Under the pieces are notes generated by a model. It was not told the origin of the DNA, made no database searches, and saw only the letters and a list, made by a program, of their open reading frames with translations. 64,000 bases of DNA from Eledone cirrhosa (lineage: Eukaryota), in contig OZ024743.1 of assembly GCA_964016885.1 (NCBI GenBank), positions 332,878,001 through 332,942,000 on the forward strand, written 5' to 3'. A program made the position numbers and the translations under genes. Shown here piece by piece: positions 20,585-31,800 of this stretch; position 1 is the stretch's first letter, and every line of letters starts with the position of its first letter.

Positions 20585-21168
20585 ACTCTTTTACTCTTTT
20601 ACCTGTTTCAGTCATCCGGCTGAGGCCATGCTGGGGCACCGCCCTTGTTGCTACACATTTTATCTCCAGCCTGTATAGGTTGGCCACTGGTGTAGGAGGG
20701 AGTTTGTTGCTGATGCCCTTAGGTTTCCCTCGTGTCTTGCTGTGGGCTCATCCGGGATCCGGGATAACAAGGTGTCGAGATGTTTCTTAAAGACATCCAC
20801 CTCCACGTCATGCAAGTCTCGCAGATGCCTCGGCAGCCTGTTGAAGAGTTGAGGGCCCTTGAATCCCAGGCTATTGCAATACCTGCTCCTTATTCTAGAT
20901 GTGGAAGACGGGACCTTTGGCACCACACAGTGACGTCCTGTTCGACGGTTGGTCCAGCTCCCAATGCCAAAGTTTGGTGCTAGTCCCTCCAGGATTTTAC
21001 ACATGTAGATCACTGCGTATCTCTCCCGTCTTCGCTCCAAGGAGTAGAGGTTCAGTTCCTTCAGCCTCTCCCAGTAGCTTGTCTCCCTCATCTTGGCAAT
21101 CCTCTTGGTGTAGCTTCGCTGGATTGCCTCAAGCTCCGTGGTTAGTTTGACACTATGGGGTGACCACA
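20585..21168 (-). mobile_element. 5'-truncated CR1-group LINE (second family): ORF2 C-terminus and tail
   Basis: WSPHSVKLTTELEAIQRSYTKRI...YWERLKELNLYSLERRRERY...SATNSLL, homologous to the C-terminus of the ORF at 24857-27877; tail (GTAAAAGA)n. Confidence 0.88.
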
Positions 21169-21197
21169 TGTATATATATATGGGTGACCATATGTAT

Positions 21198-21601
21198 ATC
21201 ATCATCATCATCATCATCAACGTTTAACGTCCGTGTTCCACGCTTGCATGGGTTTGGACGGGGGTAGTCCCACTTGAGGCAAGAGTGATTGTCTTGCTCG
21301 CATAGGACTGTCTGGCAGGTTTTCTACAGTTGGATGCCCTTCCTAACACCAACCACATTTACAGTGTGGGTCTGGGAGGTTTTTACCGTGTTGCCTACAC
21401 GGCCACATTACAGCGTGGACTGTGTGTTTTTTTGTCGTGACACCTACACGATCTCATTTGTTTCGGCCTCGATGGCGCGGCACCAACATAACTTTACATA
21501 GAACGGGGTGGTGTGGATGGGGTGGGGGTGGTGGTGGTGGGACGGGGTGTATTTTGTTAGAGATGCCTACTGGCTGGAGTAGGTTTTACTATATATTTAG
21601 G
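21198..21601 (-). mobile_element. RTE-B 3'UTR-only insertion
   Basis: Near-identical to 49018-49421; ends at the ORF stop region. Confidence 0.88.
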
Positions 21602-21959
21602 TATATATATATATATATATATCTATACATGTATATATATATATCTATATATATATCTATATATGTATATATATCTATATATCTATATATCTATATATGT
21701 ATATATATATATCTATATATGTATATATATATATCTATATATGTATATATATATATCTATATATGTATATATATATATCTATATATGTATATATATATAT
21801 CTATATATGTATATATATATATATATATATCTATATATATATATATCTATATATGTATATATATATATATGTATATATATATATCTATATATGTATATAT
21901 ATATATCTATATATGTATATATATATATCTATATATGTATATATATATATCTATATATG

Positions 21960-21992
<33 letters not shown>

Positions 21993-22045
21993 CTATATCT
22001 ATATATGTATATGTCTATATATGTATATATATATATCTATATATG

Positions 22046-22076
<31 letters not shown>

Positions 22077-22219
22077 CTATATCTATATATGTATATGTCT
22101 ATATATGTATATATATATATCTATATATGTATATAAGGACGTGTTTTTACTTCTCTCCCCGAGTAAGCAGCAAGTCACACAGCCACAAAACAAAACCACA
22201 AGACAAAACCAAACAAACA

Positions 22220-22372
22220 AAAATTGACCGGTTAATACATTTTCATACATCTATATTATTATATATTTGAAAATTGACCGGTTAATACATTTTTCATACA
22301 TCTATATTATTATATATTTGAAAATTGACCGGTTAATACATTTTTCATACATCTATATTATTATATATTTGA
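22220..22372 (+). repeat. Three ~51-bp tandem repeats in the LINE 5'UTR
   Basis: 'aaaattgaccggttaatacatttttcatacatctatattattatatatttg' at 22220, 22270 and 22321. Confidence 0.9.
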
Positions 22373-22640
22373 AACCACGTGTTTTCGAACTTGTGAGTAC
22401 ATTTTCCTTTAACTACAAATTATTATTATATACTTTCGTCTTTTCATTAATTTCAAATAACCAGAATATACATATATATATATTGGAATAAATGCTCTGA
22501 AATAGCGATATATATGTGAGTATAGACATAGAATATTCGAAAATATTCTGTATGTTTATAATAAACATTTTGAAGACCTAATCGCTATAGAATAGAATAC
22601 GTCACGTATTACAATTAGATTCTCGACAAAAGCAAGGGAA

Positions 22641-22683
22641 GTAATCTACGCGTTTCATTCTTGTTAGAATTCATCAGGACCAC
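22641..22683 (-). ncRNA. Minimal type I hammerhead ribozyme (left arm)
   Basis: Exact reverse complement of 23165-23207. Confidence 0.8.
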
Positions 22684-23164
22684 ATATCCAGTGCTTTTAT
22701 CGAGAATGACACAGCTAGAGACTTATAGAATACTTAGCTGTGTACTGGAACTGGTTTGAAAGAGCGGTTGCCGGTCCGGCAGAAATTAGAAATTGGAATA
22801 AATGCTCTGAAATAGCGATATATATGTGAGTATAGACATAGAATATTCGAAAATATTCTGTATGTTTATAATAAACATTTTGAAGACCTAATCGCTATAG
22901 AATAGAATTTGTCGAGAATCTAATTGTAATACGTGACGTATTCTATTCTATAGCGATTAGGTCTTCAAAATGTTTATTATAAACATACAGAATATTTTCG
23001 AATATTCTATGTCTATACTCACATATATATCGCTATTTCAGAGCATTTATTCCAATTTCTAATTTCTGCCGGACCGGCAACCGCTCTTTCAAACCAGTTC
23101 CAGTACACAGCTAAGTATTCTATAAGTCTCTAGCTGTGTCATTCTCGATAAAAGCACTGGATAT

Positions 23165-23207
23165 GTGGTCCTGATGAATTCTAACAAGAATGAAACGCGT
23201 AGATTAC
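23165..23207 (+). ncRNA. Minimal type I hammerhead ribozyme (right arm); predicted cleavage after 23201
   Basis: gtggtc-CTGATGA-attct-aaca-agaat-GAAAC-gc-GTA-gattac. Stem I is 6 bp (2 GU), stem II 5 bp, stem III the palindrome ACGCGT (dimeric type). Confidence 0.82.
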
Positions 23208-23705
23208 TTCCCTTGCTTTTGTCGAGAATCTAATTGTAATACGTGACGTATTCTATTCTATAGCGATTAGGTCTTCAAAATGTTTATTATAAACATACAG
23301 AATATTTTCGAATATTCTATGTCTATACTCACATATATATATATATATATACTCATATTTATATATATACGCTTCTCACTCACACACAAGAAAAACAAAA
23401 AACAAAAATAAATTTAAAAAAAAAATATATATATTGAAATACTTAACTAAAACACACACACACGAACTTGTGAGTACATTTTCCTTTAACTACAAATTAT
23501 TATTATATACTTTCGTCTTTTCATTAACTTAATTAATTTCAAATAACCAGAATATACATATATATATATACTCATATTTATATATATACGCTTCTCACTC
23601 ACACACAAGAAAAACAAAAAACAAAAATAAATCAAAAATAAATTAAAAAAAAAATATATATATATTGAAATACTTAACTAAAACACACACACACTCAAAA
23701 CTAGA

Positions 23706-24869
23706 ATGGCTAACCAGCAAAAATCCAAACAGAACTGGTCTGATAATGAAATCAACATTCTAATAAACACATGGCATTGCCTTTCCCAAACAGAAGATAT
23801 AGATGCTTCATCTCTGAACGACATTGCTAAACGTACAGTTCAATTTTTGAAAACTCGATCTGAACAACAGATTCAAAATAAATTAAAGCAAATCGAAATT
23901 GCTTTTAAATTAATCAATAAACATTTGGATAAACTACGGTGTGTTTTCTCTTCGAATGCTGTCCAGCAGCAGCAACAACAACAACAGCAGCTACAACAGC
24001 AACAACAACAACAACAGCAGCTACAACAGCAACAACAACAACATCAACAACAGCTACAACAACAACATCAACAACAGCAACAACAACAGTGTGAACCACT
24101 CCTTGATTCATCAACAATGGCCGATCTACTAAATGAAACTATTGACCCCCCAGTAGCCTCTGTCTCACAGCATGAAACGCCACATCCTTTCTCTGGCCCA
24201 GCAGTCCAATCATCACCACTGCCAACATCTCTGCCTACTACTACTACTACTACTACAACATTTTTGTCTACTGCTATGTCAAGGAATTTACCTTCTAATA
24301 CCAGAACAAGAACTCTCCCTCCCACAGTCCACAAAGGTCGTCAAATCCTACCCAAACCATCATCTACACCTCTCACAACACCCACACCCATATACCCACC
24401 CACTCGAAACCCCATCATTTGCCGCTACTCTCTACGCTATAGAATATGTACGGATAGTGGCTGCAAATTCACCCATTTACCTAGGACAAAACGATCTATC
24501 CCCACAAACAGCCACCACCATAATACATACTCTAATTTAACACCAACACAACCACCAATAACTCAAACAAGGAATCCACAAATCTGCCGTTTTTCCCTGC
24601 GAGACAGATTGTGTTTAGACCGGGATTGTCCCTTTACCCATCTCCCGGGGACCCGTCGGATAAATGAAAATAAAAGCAAAAACAAAAACCATAACCTACA
24701 TAAAAATAACCACTACCACAGTCACCAACAGTCTTCTAAACAGGAAACTTCTTCCTCTTTTTTAGCCATAATGAATCTGGCAAAAGAACTGGAAAAAAAC
24801 ATTCGAGCTATCACCCAGCACCACCCTCCACTATCACCCCACTGCACAAACTCCCATTGCTGCCATTAA
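23706..24869 (+). CDS. LINE ORF1: Myb/SANT-like N-terminus, polyQ, two CCCH-type zinc fingers
   Basis: NWSDNEINILINTW...RSEQQIQNKLK; CRYSLRYRICTDSGCKFTH and CRFSLRDRLCLDRDCPFTH (C-x8-C-x4-C-x3-H). Confidence 0.85.
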   Translation: MANQQKSKQNWSDNEINILINTWHCLSQTEDIDASSLNDIAKRTVQFLKTRSEQQIQNKLKQIEIAFKLINKHLDKLRCVFSSNAVQQQQQQQQQLQQQQQQQQQLQQQQQQHQQQLQQQHQQQQQQQCEPLLDSSTMADLLNETIDPPVASVSQHETPHPFSGPAVQSSPLPTSLPTTTTTTTTFLSTAMSRNLPSNTRTRTLPPTVHKGRQILPKPSSTPLTTPTPIYPPTRNPIICRYSLRYRICTDSGCKFTHLPRTKRSIPTNSHHHNTYSNLTPTQPPITQTRNPQICRFSLRDRLCLDRDCPFTHLPGTRRINENKSKNKNHNLHKNNHYHSHQQSSKQETSSSFLAIMNLAKELEKNIRAITQHHPPLSPHCTNSHCCH

Positions 24870-27800
24870 CAAACAAACAAATTAACAACACACCAAAACA
24901 ATTAAAACCATCCACTCTCGCCTCTACATTTTTGCTTAACGCCCAAGGCATCAGCCCTTCCACCAATACTCAAAAATGGAAGATCAAATTCCTGGAGGAC
25001 TGGATTGATGTCCATCCAAACCACATCCCTTTCTTCGTCCTCACTGAAACCCATCTCAGTAACCTCCACTTGGAAGCCGAGGTGAAAGTGAAAAATTTCA
25101 AAGCCATCCGTGCTGATCGCGCTGGCAGAAGAAAGGGCGGAACTGCCATTTATGTCCATAATTCTTTCTCAACAGAGGCTATGAACATATTCACTAATGG
25201 ATACTGTGAGGCAGTCACTGTATTCAGTCAAACCAACAACCTATTAGTAGTTGGGCTCTATAGGCCACCCCAAACGCCTGTACCATGCTTCAAGGAATGC
25301 CTCAACAGCATAAAGTGTTTCATCCAAGAGTGTCACCCTGACAACATCTTAATGATGGGGGACTTCAACCTCCCCGGAGTTGACTGGTCCACAAACACCC
25401 TGCCACCAGGTTCTTCTGCCTCAACCTCTGACAGGGAAGCTGTGGAATCGCTTCTTGACTTCATGGATGATTTCTTCCTATCCCAACTAGTGCTCGAACC
25501 AACGAGGTGCCACAAAAACGTCCTAGACTTAATTTTCAGCAATCACACTGACAATATCCACAATATTGCAGTGGAGAAAACTCTACTCTCTGATCATGAC
25601 ATGGTTCTCTGTGATCTGAGATTCCACCGTCCAATATACAAACCCAATGTCATTTCTCCTGTCCATCCGTTTGACGCTATGGATTTCCACAATGCAAACT
25701 GGGAAGCGATCAGTCATGATCTTGCACATGTCGACTGGTCCTTCACGCACACTCATACACCCACTAACATCAAAAAGTCCTGGCAGACATTTGTGGACAC
25801 TGTTACAAACATATGTGCTAAACACACCCCATTAAGAACTATAAACAAATCTAAGAGCAGAATCCCTAGAAATAGAAAAACGCTCATCAGAAAAATTAAG
25901 AGAACGAACAAAAAAATCAACAATCTGAAATACTGTCAGCAGCAACACATCAACTTGACTGCCATTTCATCACTAGAGATTAAAAAACATAACCTCCAAA
26001 ACAACATAATGTCCCTCATCAACAATCAGAGAAGAGCTGAAGAGGCCTGGGCCATTGAGAAGATCAAACTTAATCCCAAAGTGTTCTTTTCATTTGCAAA
26101 AAAACACAAAATCACTGGCTCTACTGTTGGCCCTCTAATTGATGAAAATGGCACTCTTCAAGACAATGCTAAAACCATGGGTGAGATACTGCAGAAACAA
26201 TACTGCTCTGTTTTCAGCAATCCTGATATGGCCGATCTGGGCTGTATCGGCGATGTTACTCCCCATTACACCTTATCGGACATAACGTTTGGCGCCCCTG
26301 ATGTCTTGGCGGCAATAAAGGAAATCAAGCATAATTCAGCAGTAGGTCCCGATAGGTTCCCTGCTTGTGTCTTGAAGGCGTGTCAACACCAACTTGCTTC
26401 TCCTCTTGCCAATCTGTGGCGGAACTCACTGGATGCTGGATATGTGCCAGAAAACCTTCTATCCCAGTCTGTTGTCCCAGTTTTCAAAAAGGGAAACAAA
26501 TCCCTTGCCGTGAATTACCGTCCAATCTCACTCACCTCTCATATCATTAAGGTATTTGAGCGAGTGGTGAGATCGCGAATGACCCACTTCCTTGAGAGTA
26601 ACAATATGCTGAACTCCAACCAGCATGGATTCCGTAATGGAAGGGATTGCCTGACGCAACTACTGCATCACTTTGATGACATTTTGAGAGCCTTGGGAGA
26701 GGGTTCCAACACTGATGTTATCTACCTTGATTTCAGCAAGGCCTTTGACAGGGTTGATCATAACATTCTACTGAGAAAGCTGTCCAATATTGGTGTCACT
26801 GGAAAGCTGCTGCAGTGGATCAAGAGCTTCCTGTCAAACAGAACCCAACATGTTGTAGTTGAGGGAGTCAAATCAAGCCCAGCCAAAGTCAGTAGTGGAG
26901 TCCCACAAGGCACTGTGTTGGGCCCACTTCTCTTCATCATCTATATTAATGACATCACTGACATCATCAAACACAGCAACATTAAAATTTTCGCTGATGA
27001 TTCCAAGCTCCAAAAGGTCATCAATGGCGTGGATGACCGGATAAGCCTTCAGTCAGACCTACTGGCTGTTACCCAATGGGCAGAAAAGAACAACATGTTA
27101 CTGAACGAAGACAAATTCGAACTGATCCACTTTGGAAAAGAGGATGCTCTGAAACTCCCGTACTCCCTTCCCTCCGGGGAAACTCTCGTGGCATCTAACA
27201 ACATCAGAGACTTGGGAGTAACCGTGGACAGCAACATAAGCTGGACCACGCATATAAGCAGCAAAGTTGACATGGCCCGCAGAATGTGTTCCTGGATCCT
27301 CAGAACCTTCCAGTCGAGAGATTCCCGCACCATTATCCTTCTCTTCTCTACTTTCGCCCGACCACACCTTGAATACTGTTGTCCACTGTGGTCTCCCCAC
27401 ACGAAACAAAGTATCATGAAACTTGAAGCTCCTCAAAGGGCAATCACGAAAAAGATAGATGGCATGTCAGACCTTGATTACTGGGGTCGATTGGAAAACC
27501 TGAAACTTTACTCACTCCAACGTCGCCGTGAGCGTTATATTATCTGCATGATGTGGAAAATGTTCCATCATCACTGCCCAAATGATGTTGGCATCGCCTT
27601 CAAGATACACCCAAGGCTTGGGCCCCGTGCTATCCGTCCCATTCAAAAATCTAAATCGCAACTCATAACAACAATACGGCACAATTATTTCACCTCAATC
27701 GGCCCTGCTCTCTTCAACATCACACCAGGACACGTCAAAACAGAAACTGACCACACAAAATTCAAGAAGTCTTTGGACAAATTCCTCCAAGTAATCCCGG

Positions 27801-27877
27801 ACAAACCACCCACACCCGGATATGTCTCCGCAAACAGTAATTCTCTTCTCGAATGGGCCATGGTGCCCAAATCCTGA
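24758..27877 (+). CDS. LINE ORF2: APE endonuclease plus reverse transcriptase (CR1 group), intact, with no in-frame ATG before the EN domain
   Basis: LLNAQG, LTETHL, MGDFNLP, SDHD, NYRPISLTS, DFSKAFDRV, GVPQGTVLGP, FADD, ARPHLEYCCPLWSPH; frame open from 24740. Confidence 0.93.
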   Translation, partial: FFSHNESGKRTGKKHSSYHPAPPSTITPLHKLPLLPLTNKQINNTPKQLKPSTLASTFLLNAQGISPSTNTQKWKIKFLEDWIDVHPNHIPFFVLTETHLSNLHLEAEVKVKNFKAIRADRAGRRKGGTAIYVHNSFSTEAMNIFTNGYCEAVTVFSQTNNLLVVGLYRPPQTPVPCFKECLNSIKCFIQECHPDNILMMGDFNLPGVDWSTNTLPPGSSASTSDREAVESLLDFMDDFFLSQLVLEPTRCHKNVLDLIFSNHTDNIHNIAVEKTLLSDHDMVLCDLRFHRPIYKPNVISPVHPFDAMDFHNANWEAISHDLAHVDWSFTHTHTPTNIKKSWQTFVDTVTNICAKHTPLRTINKSKSRIPRNRKTLIRKIKRTNKKINNLKYCQQQHINLTAISSLEIKKHNLQNNIMSLINNQRRAEEAWAIEKIKLNPKVFFSFAKKHKITGSTVGPLIDENGTLQDNAKTMGEILQKQYCSVFSNPDMADLGCIGDVTPHYTLSDITFGAPDVLAAIKEIKHNSAVGPDRFPACVLKACQHQLASPLANLWRNSLDAGYVPENLLSQSVVPVFKKGNKSLAVNYRPISLTSHIIKVFERVVRSRMTHFLESNNMLNSNQHGFRNGRDCLTQLLHHFDDILRALGEGSNTDVIYLDFSKAFDRVDHNILLRKLSNIGVTGKLLQWIKSFLSNRTQHVVVEGVKSSPAKVSSGVPQGTVLGPLLFIIYINDITDIIKHSNIKIFADDSKLQKVINGVDDRISLQSDLLAVTQWAEKNNMLLNEDKFELIHFGKEDALKLPYSLPSGETLVASNNIRDLGVTVDSNISWTTHISSKVDMARRMCSWILRTFQSRDSRTIILLFSTFARPHLEYCCPLWSPHTKQSIMKLEAPQRAITKKIDGMSDLDYWGRLENLKLYSLQRRRERYIICMMWKMFHHHCPNDVGIAFKIHPRLGPRAIRPIQKSKSQLITTIRHNYFTSIGPALFNITPGHVKTETDHTKFKKSLDKFLQVIPDKPPTPGYVSANSNSLLEWAMVPKS

Positions 27878-27963
27878 ATTGAAAGACTTCGCCAGGTGGT
27901 GCTATTAAGTTAGACATGGCCTGGGCCAATACTGGCCAAAACATTTCAAAGTTATTCAAAGTT

Positions 27964-28180
27964 ATATATATATATCTATATATGTATATATATATATCTA
28001 TATATATATATATATATCTATATATGTATATATATATATATCTATATATGTATATATATCTATCTATATATGTATATATATCTATCTATATATGTATATA
28101 TATCTATATATGTATATATATATATATCTATATATGTATATATATATATCTATATATGTATATATATATATCTATATATG

Positions 28181-28213
<33 letters not shown>

Positions 28214-28360
28214 CTATATATGTATATATATATATCTATATATGTATATATATATATATCTATATATGTATATATATATATATCTATATATGTATATATA
28301 TATATCTATATATGTATATATATATATATCTATATATGTATATATATATATCTATATATG

Positions 28361-28395
<35 letters not shown>

Positions 28396-28560
28396 CTATA
28401 TATATCTATATATATATCTATATATGCATATATATATATCTATATATGTATATATATATATCTATATGTGTATATATATATCTATATATGTATATATATA
28501 TATCTATATGTGTATATATATATATCTATATGTGTATATATATATCTATATATATATATG

Positions 28561-28592
<32 letters not shown>

Positions 28593-28801
28593 TATCTATA
28601 TATGTATATATATATCTATATATATATATGGATATATATATATATATGTATATATATATATCTATATATATATATGTATATTATATATATATATGTATAT
28701 ATATATATACTATATATATATATGTATATATATATATGTATATGATCTATATATATATATATCTATATATGTATATATATATCTATATATATATATATAT
28801 C

Positions 28802-28871
<70 letters not shown>

Positions 28872-28880
28872 TGTATATAT
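27964..28880. repeat. Interrupted (AT)n array
   Basis: Variant pattern matches ~36050-36988. Confidence 0.95.
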
Positions 28881-31800
28881 ATGAAGACGTCGCATCTCAG
28901 AGTTGCAACACTTAATGTTGGCACTCTCAGAGGTAGATCGGCTGAAATAGCGGAGATGCTGGTGAGAAGGCAGGTGTGTGCTGCGTGCAAGAGGTGAGAT
29001 GGAGAGGTGCCTCTGCGAGACTAGTCGTAGGCAAGCGTCTTAGCTATAAGCTATTCTGGGTAGGTAAGGATGATGGGTTAGGGGGAGTAGGCATTTTCCT
29101 GGCTGAGAAATGGATCAATAAGACAATAGAGGTAGTTCGAGTTAGTAATCGAATAATTAAGCTTAGATTAGTTGTAGGTAGGAGACTACTGACAATCATC
29201 TCGGTCTATGCTCCCCAAGCAGGCCTAGGCAAAGATGAGAAAGACTGCTTTTATGAGCAACTTTTGCAAACAACCACAATGACAGAGGACGGAGACATCG
29301 TTATGCTAGCAGGAGACTTCAATGGTCATGTTGGACAGCTCCAGGATGGTTACACTGGGGTACATGGTGGGCATGGTTACGGTTCAAGAAATGAAGAAGG
29401 AGTGAGACTTCTTGAATTTTGTGATGCAAGTACATTGACTATTTGCAACACAAACTTCCAGAAACCTGCCAATCACCTAATAACCTACAAATCTGGTGAG
29501 CACATAAGCCAGATTGACTTCCTGCTAGTTAGGCAGCGGGACAGGCAGATAGTGTCTAATACCAAGGCATACCCTGGGGAAGAATGTACCCCACAGCATA
29601 GGTTAGTTGTTAGTGATATCTCAGTAAGCAAGAGATGGAATGAGACATATAGGAAGGTGTGGAGAAGAAAGGTCTGGAAGCTAAAAGACCTTTCACTAAA
29701 ATTCAAATTTAGGAAAGCCCTTCAAGATGTATATGACGAAAAAGAAGACGATTTAGAGACGTATGACATAGATAATAACTGGAAGTTCTTACGTGACAAC
29801 TTGCTGAAGGCTACTGATGAAACTTGTGGCTGGAGCAGAGCCCCAACCAGACAGAGAGTGACCTGGTGGTGGAACAGCAGTGTAGATAAGGCTATTAGAG
29901 ACAAAAGACTAGCATGGAAGGCTTGGAATAAGGGTGGGAGTAGGGAAGAATATACAGCCACTAAGAGAGAAGCTAGACGTCAGGTGTACTTAGCACGCAG
30001 GGAGGCAGAGAGTAGGAGGTTTGCCAATGTTCTGCGACGGGAAGATCAGAGGTGTGCGGTGTTCCACATTGCAAGGCAGTGTGTCAATGCAAATCAGGAT
30101 GTTGTTGGTGATAAATGTGTCCGGGATGATGCCGGTGTACTTAGTGTCACGAATGACCAGAAAAAGGAGGCCTGGAAATGCCATTATGAGAGACTGATGA
30201 ATGTGGAGAACGAATGGGAGAGAGAGAAATTACCCTTGGTAGATCCGACAGAGGGACCAGCTATTGAGATTGACGAATATAGGGTCCAAGAGGCGATTAG
30301 GGAAATGAAAAATGGTAAGGCGGCCGGACCATCGGGAATAGTTGCTGAGATGCTGAAGGCATCAGGGGACGTAGGCACTAAACTGGTTGCACGCATAATC
30401 AATCAGGCTATATATGGTGGTGTCATACCCAAAGACTGGTGCAGCAGTATTCTCATAAATTGCTACAAAGGTAAAGGGGATGCTTTGGAGAGGAGCAATT
30501 ATAGGGGTATAAAACTGATAGATCAGGTTATGAAAGTGGCAGAAAGGATTTTAGCACAACTAATTAGAGAAAGGGTCAAACTAGATGAGATGCAGTTTGG
30601 TTTTGTGCCTGGGAAGAGTACAACAGATGCCCTCTTCTTGGTGAGACAAATGCAAGAGAGGTTCTTAGAGAAGAATAAGCCACTATACTTGGCCTTTGTT
30701 GACCTAGAGAAGGCCTTTGATAGGGTACCCCGATCTGTCATCTGGTGGTCCCTAAGGAAGCTGGGTGTTGAGGAATGGCTTGTAAGGACAGTGCAAACTT
30801 TGTACAGAGGTACTCTCAGTAAAGTCAGGGTAGGAATGGAGTTTAGTGAGGAATTCCAGATACAAGTAGGAGTACATCAGGGTTAGGTCCTCAGCCCGCT
30901 CTTGTTCATTATAGTCCTCCAAGCCATAACAGAGGAGTTTAAGACTGGCTGTCCATGGGAACTTCTCTATGCTGACGATCTGGCTCTTATGGCAGAATCA
31001 GTAGAGGAGCTAGAGAATAAATTCCGGCTATGGAAACAGCAGTTGGAAGCAAGAGGACTGAGAGTAAATCTAGCTAAGACAAAAGTGTTGATGAGTAGAA
31101 AAGAGGACAAAACCCTGATTCCGTCAGGGAAATGGCCATGTTCGATATGCAGAAAAGGAACTGGCATAAATTCTATAAAATGCACACAATGTAGGTCCTG
31201 GGTACACAAGAGATGTAGCGGGATAGCAGGCAAACTAACAGGTAGGGAGAAATATGTATGCAGTAGATGTACAGGGAAATTAGACAGTAGAAGTCGCACT
31301 GATAGACACATTTTTCAAATGCGAGAGGGCGCTATAGAAGTGGTGGATAGCTTCCGGTACCTAGGAGATCAGATTAGCATGGGAGGAGGGTGTTCCGAGG
31401 CCATAGTATCTAGAATAAGGACGGGTTGGAAGAAGTTTAGGGAGCTGCTTCCTCTGTTGACGAAGAAGGGTTTCTCCCTGCGTACGAAAGGCCGGTTGTA
31501 TGATGCCTGTGTGAGGAGCGCGATGCTGCATGGTAGTGAGACATGGGCAGCTACCGCAGAAGATATGCGACGGCTGGAGAGAAATGAGGCAAGCATGCTC
31601 CGTTGGATGTGCAGTGTAAATGTGCGTGAACGACCCAGCATAAATGTGTTGAGAGAGAAACTGTGTCTGAGAGGGATAGAATGTAGTGTACGGGAGAGGA
31701 GACTGAGGTGGTATGGACATGTGATGCGCATGGAGAATGACCGATGGGTGAAGAAGTGCCAGGAAATGCCAGTTGAAGGAAGACGTAGTAGAGGTAGACC

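Larger units (their letters stand above)
22483..23340. mobile_element. Hammerhead-bearing 310-bp-unit element: ~1.4 units plus ~1.4 inverted units (retrozyme or Penelope pLTR-like)
   Basis: Period 310 (22483/22793 and 22911/23221). 22508-22908 is the reverse complement of 22940-23340. It interrupts the (TA)n of 5'UTR monomer 1; monomer 2 (23464-23695) shows the empty state. Confidence 0.88.
22137..27963 (+). mobile_element. Full-length CR1/L2-group LINE inserted in (AT)n
   Basis: 5'UTR with tandem monomers, ORF1, APE-RT ORF2, 3' stem-loop and (TTCAAAGTTA)2 tail; (AT)n on both sides; absent at the paralogous site (~35.8-36.0 kb). Confidence 0.92.

Noticed and set aside
22220-22372. CRISPR-like repeat array
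   Set aside because: Contiguous tandem repeats with no unique spacers, eukaryotic context, no cas genes.
26990-29830. CTGATGA matches at ~26994 and ~29815 (also the reverse match at ~1879)
   Set aside because: Inside coding motifs (FADD, TDE) or lacking hammerhead stems.
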